A stretch of DNA of 11,154 nt from assembly GCA_040220235.1 (NCBI GenBank), contig JAVJTO010000072.1. One strand, given 5' to 3'. A program made the position numbers and the translations under genes. The notes under the pieces are model-generated. The model worked only from the letters and a program-made list of their open reading frames with translations. It made no database searches and was not told the DNA's origin. The stretch comes from Coleofasciculus sp. B1-GNL1-01. Its GTDB lineage: Bacteria; Cyanobacteriota; Cyanobacteriia; Cyanobacteriales; Coleofasciculaceae. Below, piece after piece: positions 1 through 7,646 of the stretch; the first letter of the stretch is position 1; each line of letters opens with the position of its first letter.

Positions 1-49
1 AACAGTTATTGGTTTCTCGGTTAATTTTGTTCCTAAACCCACCCCTACA
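1..49 (-). repeat. Partial long-loop GTAG REP-like hairpin (family 1), cut by window edge
   Basis: AAACCCACCCCTACA at 35-49 is the reverse complement of the TGTAGGGGCGGGTTT arm with one change. The adjacent sequence resembles the loop of the copy at 10477-10541. Confidence 0.7.
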
Positions 50-141
50 CTAAATTTCACACCCCGATATCAGCGTTTTATATTAACCTAAAACCCGATC
101 TAAAAACCTAGCCTATTTTTAGTGCGATCGCACGCCAAAGA

Positions 142-263
142 TGTAGGGGCGGGTTTAGGGACAATTTGTAGGGGCGGGTTTAGGGACTCAATTAGATAGT
201 CACCGATAAATGAACAACGAAACCCGCCCTCCCCACCTCAAAATCACAAACAAAACCCGCCCT
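142..263 (+). repeat. Nested/tandem long-loop GTAG REP-like hairpins (family 1)
   Basis: TGTAGGGGCGGGTTTAGGGAC occurs at 142-162 and 167-187. Complementary AAACCCGCCCT arms occur at 220-230 and 253-263. Confidence 0.85.
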
Positions 264-313
264 GATCCCAACCCTAATTTATTACAATTTTTTGGTGTTT
301 TTTTGCCCAACGT

Positions 314-1333
314 TCAATCAATAAGTTCAGTCGATTTGACCCGATGCATTCCCGCATCAGCAAACCGTTGAAACGCCGCCTCAGCTTGTTCCGTAAAATC
401 CGCACCCCCAGGAACCACAACCGGAGATGTGCAATCGTCCAGTAAATAAACCTTCTCGGCTAACTTAGGATCTCTGGCTTGAATTTCACCCAGCAAGTTA
501 TCCACTGTCCAAGCCACACAATGGCTCTTGGCTTGACCAGCTATAATTAATCGGTCAAACTCTAACAATTTTTCCAGAAATGGTGTGTTCTTTTGGGCAA
601 TAGGTTGGTCGTTCTGGTCAAAAAGAACTTCCGCCTGGAGAGCCGAGTAATTTTCAGTCAGCGGATTACTCCCTTTCATTTCAAAATGGGTCTGACTTTG
701 GCGAGCAACATTATGGAATAAACAAGCCTCTTCCACCGCAGACACCAAAGCGTGACTAATTCCTCCCAGCATGGCATGGTAGGGCCAGATAATTAATGGA
801 TATTTACTATCACAATTGAGCGTCTTGGCATAATGTAGCGCATAATCTTGTAACCATTTCTCATCACCCTGGCGAATCCGAGGTGCGACGGCTGGATTGA
901 TTTTCCACACCCCTTTTTCTACATCCTCCATGGAGATATTCGTCATCGCGGGTGGATGGTCTCCAGCATCGTTAATCCAAAATATAGGATGAAAGATTTG
1001 CATTGCGGTATGGGTATCCATCGTTGCCAAAATTTCGGTGATGACTCCTAAATTGCGGTAGATAAATTCACACAATCGCACATTGTCATCAACCGCTCCC
1101 GTACCCGATTGACCGCCGACAAATAATTCAAAGTCGGGAATACAAAAGGTATTTTGAACATCGATTAACAATAAACCAATCCGGGTTTCATCTTGATGGG
1201 CTGGCTGGAGATGATGCTGTTTTGCCCAAGCTTCGGCTTGGTTGACGCGCTTTTGATAGGGAACACGCCAGACGTCTCCAACCTGATTGGGGTCGAAATG
1301 GGAGGGAATCGGAAGTTGGGTATTACTACTCAT
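314..1333 (-). CDS. Cysteine hydrolase (isochorismatase / nicotinamidase-like) family protein
   Basis: Motifs LLLIDVQNTF (catalytic Asp), TMDTH and WPYH (metal-ligand region), MKG (Lys) and AGQAKSHCV (catalytic Cys). ATG at 1333; in-frame GTG at 1336. Confidence 0.85.
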   Translation of the reverse strand: MSSNTQLPIPSHFDPNQVGDVWRVPYQKRVNQAEAWAKQHHLQPAHQDETRIGLLLIDVQNTFCIPDFELFVGGQSGTGAVDDNVRLCEFIYRNLGVITEILATMDTHTAMQIFHPIFWINDAGDHPPAMTNISMEDVEKGVWKINPAVAPRIRQGDEKWLQDYALHYAKTLNCDSKYPLIIWPYHAMLGGISHALVSAVEEACLFHNVARQSQTHFEMKGSNPLTENYSALQAEVLFDQNDQPIAQKNTPFLEKLLEFDRLIIAGQAKSHCVAWTVDNLLGEIQARDPKLAEKVYLLDDCTSPVVVPGGADFTEQAEAAFQRFADAGMHRVKSTELID

Positions 1334-1487
1334 CACTAATTACTCAGGTTCGCTAAAGATTCTGAAAACTATACTATGGCTGATGAACTCACGTTCAGAG
1401 TCTTCCTCAAGACTGAGATATTGTTCTAGAGAGTATTGTTACATTTTAGAAGCATTGGTAATAATCTTTGTGGAGAAAGAATAGTTG

Positions 1488-2435
1488 ATGAAATCAGTTG
1501 CAATTAATCAGTATGGTGGCACGGATGTCTTACAAGTTATAGACTTACCAACTCCACCCGTCAAAACTCATGAGATATTGGTCAAAGTCCATGCTACCAG
1601 CGTTAATCCCATTGACTGGAAAATCAGACAGGGAATGTTGCAACTCTTAACGGGCTATAACTTTCCCATGATTTTGGGATTTGATATTTCTGGGGAAGTT
1701 GTAGACGTGGGAACGGCTGTGACTCGGTTTCAACCTGGAGACCAAATCTATGCCTGTCTCGATAATCTCACAGGTGGTGCTTATGCGGAATATGCGGTTA
1801 TATCGGAAAAAGCGGCTTGTCCAAAACCGGAAAAACTCTCCCATAAAGAAGCGGCGGCTGTTCCCTTAGCTGGACTCACGGCGCTGCAAGCCTTGCGAGA
1901 TGAGGGAAACATTAAAAAGGGGTACAACGTGCTGATTAACGGCGCGTCCGGTGGTGTGGGTAGCTTAGCGGTACAAATTGCCAAGGCGTTTGAAACTCAG
2001 GTGACAGGGGTTTGTAGTGGTAAAAATAGTGAGTTCGTGAAACAATTGGGTGCTGACCGAGTGATTGATTATACTCAGCAGGATTTTACTAAGGATACTG
2101 CCAAGTACGATATTATTTTCGATGTGGTTGGAAATCAATCGTTCTGGAATTGCCAAGACTGTTTGCAACCCAACGGCGTTTATATTACGACTCAACCCTA
2201 TCCGGGTAATTTCCTGGAGAGTTTGGTCACAGCGGTTATTCCGGGGAAAAAAGCGAAAGTTGTGGTTCTCAAATCCAATGGTTTGGATTTAAAGTCTCTG
2301 AAAGAACTGATTGAAATTCAGAAAGTTCGCCCAGTCATTGCACAAACCTATCCCTTGTCTGCGGTTGCTGAGGCGCATCAGGAGAGTGAACAGGGTCATG
2401 TTGTGGGTAAGTTGGTGATTAGGGTTGAAAATTGA
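1488..2435 (+). CDS. NAD(P)-dependent medium-chain dehydrogenase/reductase, quinone-oxidoreductase-like (Zn-independent)
   Basis: VKVHATSVNPID, LGFDISGEV (no GHE zinc motif), NGASGGVG Rossmann motif, C-terminal GHVVGKLV. GGAG at 1472-1475; alternative TTG start at 1485. Confidence 0.9.
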   Translation: MKSVAINQYGGTDVLQVIDLPTPPVKTHEILVKVHATSVNPIDWKIRQGMLQLLTGYNFPMILGFDISGEVVDVGTAVTRFQPGDQIYACLDNLTGGAYAEYAVISEKAACPKPEKLSHKEAAAVPLAGLTALQALRDEGNIKKGYNVLINGASGGVGSLAVQIAKAFETQVTGVCSGKNSEFVKQLGADRVIDYTQQDFTKDTAKYDIIFDVVGNQSFWNCQDCLQPNGVYITTQPYPGNFLESLVTAVIPGKKAKVVVLKSNGLDLKSLKELIEIQKVRPVIAQTYPLSAVAEAHQESEQGHVVGKLVIRVEN

Positions 2436-2473
2436 AGGGTTTGACTCTTCGCTGCGTTCGAGGAAACCTGGTT

Positions 2474-2744
2474 TGTAGGGGCGGGTTTAGGGACTTTCTT
2501 TTCGCTATTAATGATAACGTTTGTGCAAAACCCGCTCTGACTTAACCCCTACACCCCCGCACCCTGAAAAGGGCGGGTTTAGTCAAGTTATGGGTTTGTG
2601 CCAAAATGTTATCGGTAAAACTCGCCCCTACACCTCTGCACCTCTGCACCTCCGCACCTCTGTACCTCTGTACCCTGAAAAGGGCGGGTTTAGTCAGGTT
2701 AGTGGTTGGTGTCAAAATGTTATCGGTAAAACCCGCCCCTACAC
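2474..2744. repeat. Cluster of three family-1 REP-like hairpins with an octamer tandem repeat
   Basis: Hairpins at 2474-2538 (+), 2570-2632 (-) and 2681-2743 (-). 2561-2633 and 2672-2744 are direct ~73-bp duplicates separated by five copies of (C/T)ACCTC(T/C)G at 2631-2670. Confidence 0.9.
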
Positions 2745-2846
2745 GCCCATCTGTGTAATTCTTTAGAAAATGTTAATCTTTACTTAACTATGTTGGGCTA
2801 TAACAGAAAAAATCCTCGACTCTAGTAGCATTGCAGGAGATAGTCC

Positions 2847-3278
2847 TTGAGTAGTCTAGGCAAGAAGCGATTAGAAACAGTTTGGGCGATCGCAGGATAT
2901 GCGGTGGGTGGCAGTACGGCTTGTGCTGCACCAACTCCCTGTGCGGAGATACCGAAACAAATCTTGGTGGCGGCTTCTGATATTTTGATGTATACCACGA
3001 TTTGGAAGATCTATTTTCAGGAAGATTTATCCCAGAAAGATCTTTTGGGAATGCTAACCGAATTGGGTTTAGTCACTCTTGTCGGGGCGGGAACGGCTTA
3101 TGGGGTAGCTAGAGGGAGTACCGCCTTGCTAAAAGAAGTGTCTGACTGGGTAGGACCGGCAGGTTGGGGGGCTTGTGCGGCAATCACTGGTTCGCTTACA
3201 GGTATAGTGGGTATAGCCTGGGCAATGTATTGCGATCGCCGCTATTGCGAAACACATCCTCATGTCCTATCCAGTTGA
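2847..3278 (+). CDS. Hypothetical hydrophobic Gly/Ala-rich protein, possibly DUF697-like
   Basis: 143-aa ORF with AGGAGA SD at 2835-2840 ahead of a TTG start. It fills the gap between repeats and has small-residue-rich helices (GPAGWGACAAITGSLTGIVG). The family guess is from recollection only. Confidence 0.7.
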   Translation: MSSLGKKRLETVWAIAGYAVGGSTACAAPTPCAEIPKQILVAASDILMYTTIWKIYFQEDLSQKDLLGMLTELGLVTLVGAGTAYGVARGSTALLKEVSDWVGPAGWGACAAITGSLTGIVGIAWAMYCDRRYCETHPHVLSS

Positions 3279-3285
3279 ATAGATC

Positions 3286-3328
3286 GTAGTAGGCACTTTA
3301 GTGCCATCAGCGCTAAAGCGCTTACTAC
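3286..3328. repeat. Inverted REP doublet (family 2), possible bidirectional terminator/mRNA stabiliser
   Basis: GTAG-TA-GGCACT-TT-AGTGCC on + faces GTAG-TA-AGCGCT-TT-AGCGCT on -. It lies between convergent stop codons (3278 and 3336). Confidence 0.8.
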
Positions 3329-3335
3329 AAACTTT

Positions 3336-4880
3336 CTAAGATAACTTAGTGAGTAACCCTAAAAAGCGCTTTGTATTGGGTGTCAGTAGTGTGCGCCGAT
3401 ACGCATCAGCCGCTTTCTTAATCCCTTCGGCTTGCGTTGGATAAGGATGAATCGCACTACTCAGCTTACTCAACCCCACGTTTCCCACAATCGCCGTTGT
3501 CACTTCACTAATCATCTCCCCCGCATGACGCGCCACGATTGTCGCCCCCAAAATTTTATCTGAACCTTTCTGATGGTGGATTTTCACAAATCCGTCCTCT
3601 TCCCCATCCGCGATCGCACGATCTACCGTATTAAATGGTATCTTAATTGTACTCACCTTAATTCCCTTTTCCTGAGCTTCATCTTCATACATGCCGACAT
3701 GGGCAATTTCTGGGTCAGTATAGGTTACCCAAGGCATGACTAAATCACTGAGTTTAGACCGCCCTAAGCCAAAGGGAGAAAACAACGTATTTTTAATTAC
3801 AATTCGCGCCGCTGCATCCGCTGCATGGGTAAATTTCCATTTCATACAAATATCACCCGCTGCATAAATATTCCGATTCGTTGTTTGCAGATAATCATTA
3901 ACTTTTATTCCTTTGCGGTGGTACTCCACGCCAACAGCGTCTAAATTCAACCCTTCTATATTTGGCGCACGCCCTGCACCGACTAAAATTTCATCAACAA
4001 TCACCGACTCATCCTGACCATTACAGGTATAGTGCAGTAACTTCCCCTCATCCATCTTGACTGCCCGTTTCATTTTGCAATCCAAGACTAAGCGAATGCC
4101 TTCGTTTTGAAACCTATTCTGCACAATTTCGGCGGCGTCAGTATCTTCTTTATTTAAAAGGTGAGAATGGCGATGGAAAAGAATCACCTCACAACCTAAC
4201 CGACGAAATGCTTGTGCCAATTCACAGCCAATCGGTCCTCCGCCAATTACCGCCAGCCGTTTGGGGCGTTCGGTTAAGGAAAATACGGTTTCATTGGTCA
4301 GAAATCCTGTTTCTTCTATGCCATCAATAGGCGGTCTTACCGCCCTAGCCCCCGTCGTAATCACTGCTTTCTTAAACCGCAAAACTTGATCACCAACAGC
4401 AATTGTATTGGAACTTTGAAACGACCCTTCTCCTAAGAAAACATCAATATTATACGTTTGTTTAAATCGTTGGGCTGAATCATGATGACTAATTCCAGCC
4501 CGGAGTTTCCGCATCCGTGCCATAACTGCGGGAAAATCAATATCAATCTGTTCCGGAGGACGAATGCCAAAGTCTCCTGCTTCTTTCATTTGAGCAACAA
4601 CACGGGATGAGCGAATAATACATTTAGATGGCACACATCCAACATTTAAACAATCCCCACCCATGAGATGGCGTTCGACTAAGGCAACTTTTAAGCCAAT
4701 ATCCATCCCAGCAGCACCAGCGGCGGTAACTAATCCTGCTGTTCCTGCACCAATTACCACCAGATCATAACGTTCGGCGGGTTTGGGATTAACCCAATCC
4801 GGTGGATGAACATGGGAAACCAATTGCTGGTTATACTCATCCATTGGCGGGACAATTACTCTTTCAGATGTTGATGTCAT
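3336..4880 (-). CDS. Class I pyridine nucleotide-disulfide oxidoreductase (mercuric-reductase/dihydrolipoamide-dehydrogenase-like)
   Basis: VIGAGTAG FAD motif, GGDCLNVGCVPSK redox disulfide, VIGGGPIGCE NAD(P)H motif, YAAGD and HPYPTQAE. AAGGAG SD at 4887-4892 on the minus strand. No HMA domain or C-terminal Cys-Cys pair. Confidence 0.9.
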   Translation of the reverse strand: MTSTSERVIVPPMDEYNQQLVSHVHPPDWVNPKPAERYDLVVIGAGTAGLVTAAGAAGMDIGLKVALVERHLMGGDCLNVGCVPSKCIIRSSRVVAQMKEAGDFGIRPPEQIDIDFPAVMARMRKLRAGISHHDSAQRFKQTYNIDVFLGEGSFQSSNTIAVGDQVLRFKKAVITTGARAVRPPIDGIEETGFLTNETVFSLTERPKRLAVIGGGPIGCELAQAFRRLGCEVILFHRHSHLLNKEDTDAAEIVQNRFQNEGIRLVLDCKMKRAVKMDEGKLLHYTCNGQDESVIVDEILVGAGRAPNIEGLNLDAVGVEYHRKGIKVNDYLQTTNRNIYAAGDICMKWKFTHAADAAARIVIKNTLFSPFGLGRSKLSDLVMPWVTYTDPEIAHVGMYEDEAQEKGIKVSTIKIPFNTVDRAIADGEEDGFVKIHHQKGSDKILGATIVARHAGEMISEVTTAIVGNVGLSKLSSAIHPYPTQAEGIKKAADAYRRTLLTPNTKRFLGLLTKLS

Positions 4881-4894
4881 TTGTTACTCCTTAA

Positions 4895-5025
4895 TAAGTA
4901 GTCGGACAAAACTCAAGTTAACGGTTGAGATGAGGGAACAGGGAACAGGGAACAGGGAACAGTAAGGGTTTTAGGCTTGTTAACATTTCCTATTAAAGAG
5001 TACAGGATTTATGTCCAGGGACTTA
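4895..5025 (+). mobile_element. TA-flanked MITE-like element, copy A, with (GGGAACA)x4 core
   Basis: Ends TAAGTAGTCGGACA and TGTCCAGGGACTTA form imperfect terminal inverted repeats. Heptamer x4 at 4934-4961. Same 131-bp length and same core as the inverted copy at 10336-10466. Confidence 0.8.
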
Positions 5026-5075
5026 GTAATTGGGGATTAGGTAAAAGGGAATTTTTAAAGTTTATCACTTTGAGC

Positions 5076-5135
5076 AGGGCGGGTTTAGTTACTTAGGGGT
5101 GACAAAAAAAGATAGTTGTAAAACCCGCCCCTACA
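5076..5135 (-). repeat. Family-1 long-loop GTAG REP-like hairpin
   Basis: AGGGCGGGTTT-N34-AAACCCGCCCCTACA, just downstream of the DedA stop codon. Confidence 0.85.
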
Positions 5136-5166
5136 GGCTCAAATGCCACGTCTGGAACATTCAAAA

Positions 5167-5952
5167 CTAATCGGAAACACTTTCATCTAGAACCACATCA
5201 TCCGAGACTTTTTCATCTAATGCTTTTTTAGCAACTTTAGTGACATATACAGTAACAGCAACGGTGGCAATAAATCCAATAATCCGAATCGTCCATTGCA
5301 CCGTCGGATTAGTCGGTTGCGCTTCTGTCCCCACCATCGCCAGACTACCCGCCAGAGAGCCAATATAAACATACATAATCGTTCCGGGAATCATACCCAC
5401 AGAACCAAAAAAGTAGTCTTTCAACGAAACCCCAGTTAATCCATAAGCGTAGTTTAATAAATTAAAGGGAAACACAGGCGACAGTCGGGTTAATAGCACG
5501 ATTTTAAATCCTTCCCCACCCACGGCATCGTCAATCGCTTTAAATTTTTCGTTCCCAGCAATTTTATTGGCTACCCAACCCCTCGCCAAATACCGCCCTA
5601 CCAGGAAGGCGGCGGTTGCTCCCAAGGTGGCGCCAATAAACACATAGATAGAACCCAAAACGACACCAAAGACAACGCCAGCGCCTAGAGTAAGGATGGA
5701 ACCGGGCAGGAATGCTACGGTGGCAATAATATAAAGTATGATAAACGCGATCGCACCAACGGGACCGAGATCTTGAATCCACTGCAAAGCATTGCGTAAC
5801 CAGGCTTGGGGATTGAATCCTGAACCCGTGGCTGATTCCTGCGCCAAGGCGGGATTGGCGGCAATGAGTAATGTTGTACTAACCGCCAGCAGTGTGAAGA
5901 GGATTAGCTTGTATAGCGGTCTCAGGTTTCGGGGATGGAATTGGCGTTTCAT
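5167..5952 (-). CDS. TVP38/TMEM64 (DedA / SNARE-associated Golgi protein) family membrane protein
   Basis: FLPGSILTLGAGVVFG, GATLGATAAFLVGRY, LLTRLSPVFPFNLLNYAYG and GMIPGTIMYVYIG. ATG at 5952 is preceded by GAGGAG and is preferred to the ORF-track start at 5991. The N-terminus is signal-peptide-like (PALA-QES). Confidence 0.9.
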   Translation of the reverse strand: MKRQFHPRNLRPLYKLILFTLLAVSTTLLIAANPALAQESATGSGFNPQAWLRNALQWIQDLGPVGAIAFIILYIIATVAFLPGSILTLGAGVVFGVVLGSIYVFIGATLGATAAFLVGRYLARGWVANKIAGNEKFKAIDDAVGGEGFKIVLLTRLSPVFPFNLLNYAYGLTGVSLKDYFFGSVGMIPGTIMYVYIGSLAGSLAMVGTEAQPTNPTVQWTIRIIGFIATVAVTVYVTKVAKKALDEKVSDDVVLDESVSD

Positions 5953-6117
5953 CCGGTTTTCTCTCCTCAGTTGACCTCTGTTCTCGATCATGCGTCATCC
6001 CAGGTGCATCGTTATGATTATCCTAAACGGATACGCTGAGAATTCCCTGAAAATAGACGAAATGTCTGATGAATTAGGACTTTAAATCTCCTATTCCCTA
6101 TATCCTTAAAAAAATAC

Positions 6118-6146
6118 TTGACTATTCGTTCCAGAAACGCTAGAGT
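6118..6146 (+). promoter_or_regulatory. Sigma70-type promoter of tetR, with an operator-like box over the -35
   Basis: TTGACT (6118-6123), 17-bp spacer, TAGAGT (6141-6146). TTGACTATTCGTTCCA (6118-6133) matches the palindrome at 6779-6794 at 12/16 positions. Confidence 0.65.
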
Positions 6147-6171
6147 CTTCCTAGAAGCAAATACGAGAGTG

Positions 6172-6753
6172 ATGGCTCGCCACAAAGAGTTTGACCAGGA
6201 GGAAGCTCTAGAGAAAGCCATGGAAACCTTTTGGTGTTATGGTTATGAAGGAACTTCCATCCAAGTTTTGGTCAAAAACATGGGCATTAACAGAGGGAGT
6301 CTCTATGACACGTTTGGTGATAAACGTGCTTTATTTCAAGCCGCGATCGCGCATTATGACCAAACCGTAGTCAAGGATGCGATCGCCCGACTCGAAGCCC
6401 CAGATGCCTCTAAGTCAGCCATTGTCAATCATTTTTATACCCTGATTGATCGAGCGGTTACAGATGTTCAACGGCGAGGCTGTTTGATCACCAATACGGC
6501 GGTTGAACTCTGTCCTCATGATCCCGATACCGCGACTCGTATCGCCACCAATCTGAAACGGATTGAACAAGCATTTTATCAAGTGTTAGTCAGGGCAAAA
6601 GAAAAAGGGGAACTCAGCGATAAACATGACCTAAACGCTTTAGCCAGTTTCCTTACCTGTACCTTACAAGGCTTGCGGGTTAGCTCTAAAGTTAACCCAG
6701 ATCGGGAGGCTTTGCGGAGTATTGCTCAGGTAGCCCTCTCGGTTCTCGACTAA
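6172..6753 (+). CDS. TetR/AcrR family transcriptional regulator, NemR-like
   Basis: MARHKEFD start, HTH region GYEGTSIQVLVKNMGINRGSLYDTFGDK, and RGCLITN motif in the C-domain. The TTG at 6118 used by the ORF track is more likely the -35 element. Confidence 0.9.
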   Translation: MARHKEFDQEEALEKAMETFWCYGYEGTSIQVLVKNMGINRGSLYDTFGDKRALFQAAIAHYDQTVVKDAIARLEAPDASKSAIVNHFYTLIDRAVTDVQRRGCLITNTAVELCPHDPDTATRIATNLKRIEQAFYQVLVRAKEKGELSDKHDLNALASFLTCTLQGLRVSSKVNPDREALRSIAQVALSVLD

Positions 6754-6778
6754 TGCAGATCTTTTTTTTGAACAATTT

Positions 6779-6794
6779 TGGAACATTTGTTCCA
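6779..6794. promoter_or_regulatory. Perfect 16-bp palindrome, probable TetR operator
   Basis: TGGAACA-TT-TGTTCCA between tetR and the peroxiredoxin-like gene, 15 bp upstream of its GGAG SD. Confidence 0.7.
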
Positions 6795-6820
6795 TAAAAG
6801 TAAATCACTGGAGAATTTTG

Positions 6821-7477
6821 ATGACATTGACCCAAGAAATCAACACCCTACGCCAGCAAATCCAAGCCAAGATGCCTGAGGAGACCAAAGCGGTTATGGA
6901 TCAAGCCATGGAAGATTTGGTCAATTCAGGAGTTGCTGATCAGAGTCTCAAGGTTGGCGACAAAGCTCCCAATTTTCGCCTCCCGAATGCTGTCGGCAAA
7001 ACTGTTGAATTGCAAGATTTACTCAGCCGTAATCCTGTGGTTATTTCCTTCTACCGAGGTGGCTGGTGTCCCTATTGCAATCTGGAATTACGAACCTTAC
7101 AGCAGTCCTTACCGGAAATTAAAGAATTAGGGGCAACCTTAGTGGCAATTTCGCCACAAACGCCGGATAATTCCCTATCCACTGTGGAGAAAAATGACCT
7201 AGAGTTTGAGGTGTTGAGTGATGTAGGAAACCAGGTAGCTAAGGATTTTGGTTTAGTCTTTGTGCTACCGAAGGAATTGCGCCCGATTTACCAAGACTTT
7301 GGCATTGATTTACCCGCTCATAATGGGGAGGACACATTTGAATTACCCATTCCTGCCACTTATGTTATTGCCCAAGATGGAACAATTATTCATGCTTTTG
7401 TTGAAGTCGATTACACGAAACGCTTAGATCCAAAAGAAATTATCGCCGCATTAAAGCAACGCTCTATAGCGGCTTAA
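6821..7477 (+). CDS. Peroxiredoxin-like (AhpC/TSA, thioredoxin-fold CxxC) protein
   Basis: LKVGDKAPNFRLPN, FYRGGWCPYCNLEL, VAISPQ, LSDVGN and LPIPATYVI. GGAG at 6810-6813; alternative TTG start at 6818. Confidence 0.9.
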   Translation: MTLTQEINTLRQQIQAKMPEETKAVMDQAMEDLVNSGVADQSLKVGDKAPNFRLPNAVGKTVELQDLLSRNPVVISFYRGGWCPYCNLELRTLQQSLPEIKELGATLVAISPQTPDNSLSTVEKNDLEFEVLSDVGNQVAKDFGLVFVLPKELRPIYQDFGIDLPAHNGEDTFELPIPATYVIAQDGTIIHAFVEVDYTKRLDPKEIIAALKQRSIAA

Positions 7478-7496
7478 TTGGAAGCGAACCAATGAG

Positions 7497-7636
7497 TTTG
7501 TAGTAGGCACTTTAGTGCCATAAAAGCTGGTATCGCTTACTACAAAGAAAGCTTTAAATCAATGCCAAATATTCCGATTATTAAGCGTTTATAGTCAGCG
7601 CTAAAGTGATGATGGCGCTAAAGCGCAACTACAAAC
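7497..7636. repeat. Two degenerate family-2 REP doublets
   Basis: GTAGTAGGCACTTTAGTGCCA at 7500-7520 is identical to 3286-3306 and is closed by CGCTTACTACAAA (to 7546). A second doublet at 7588-7636 ends GCGCTAAAGCGCAACTACAAAC. Confidence 0.75.
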
Positions 7637-7646
7637 AAAGGACAAT

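Noticed and set aside
2521..2766. 81-aa ORF with internal repeat
   Set aside because: Lies entirely within the REP/octamer cluster, has a TTG start without an SD, and its peptide repeat only mirrors the DNA duplication.
3336..4880. Calling the gene merA or lpdA
   Set aside because: No C-terminal Cys pair, HMA domain or mer context. The interface motif and neighbourhood do not fit LpdA.
5953..5991. Upstream ATG start for DedA
   Set aside because: A strong GAGGAG SD lies just upstream of ATG 5952, inside this extension.
6118..6171. N-terminal extension of TetR from TTG 6118
   Set aside because: This family normally starts at MAR. The segment contains the -35/-10 elements and an operator-like box.
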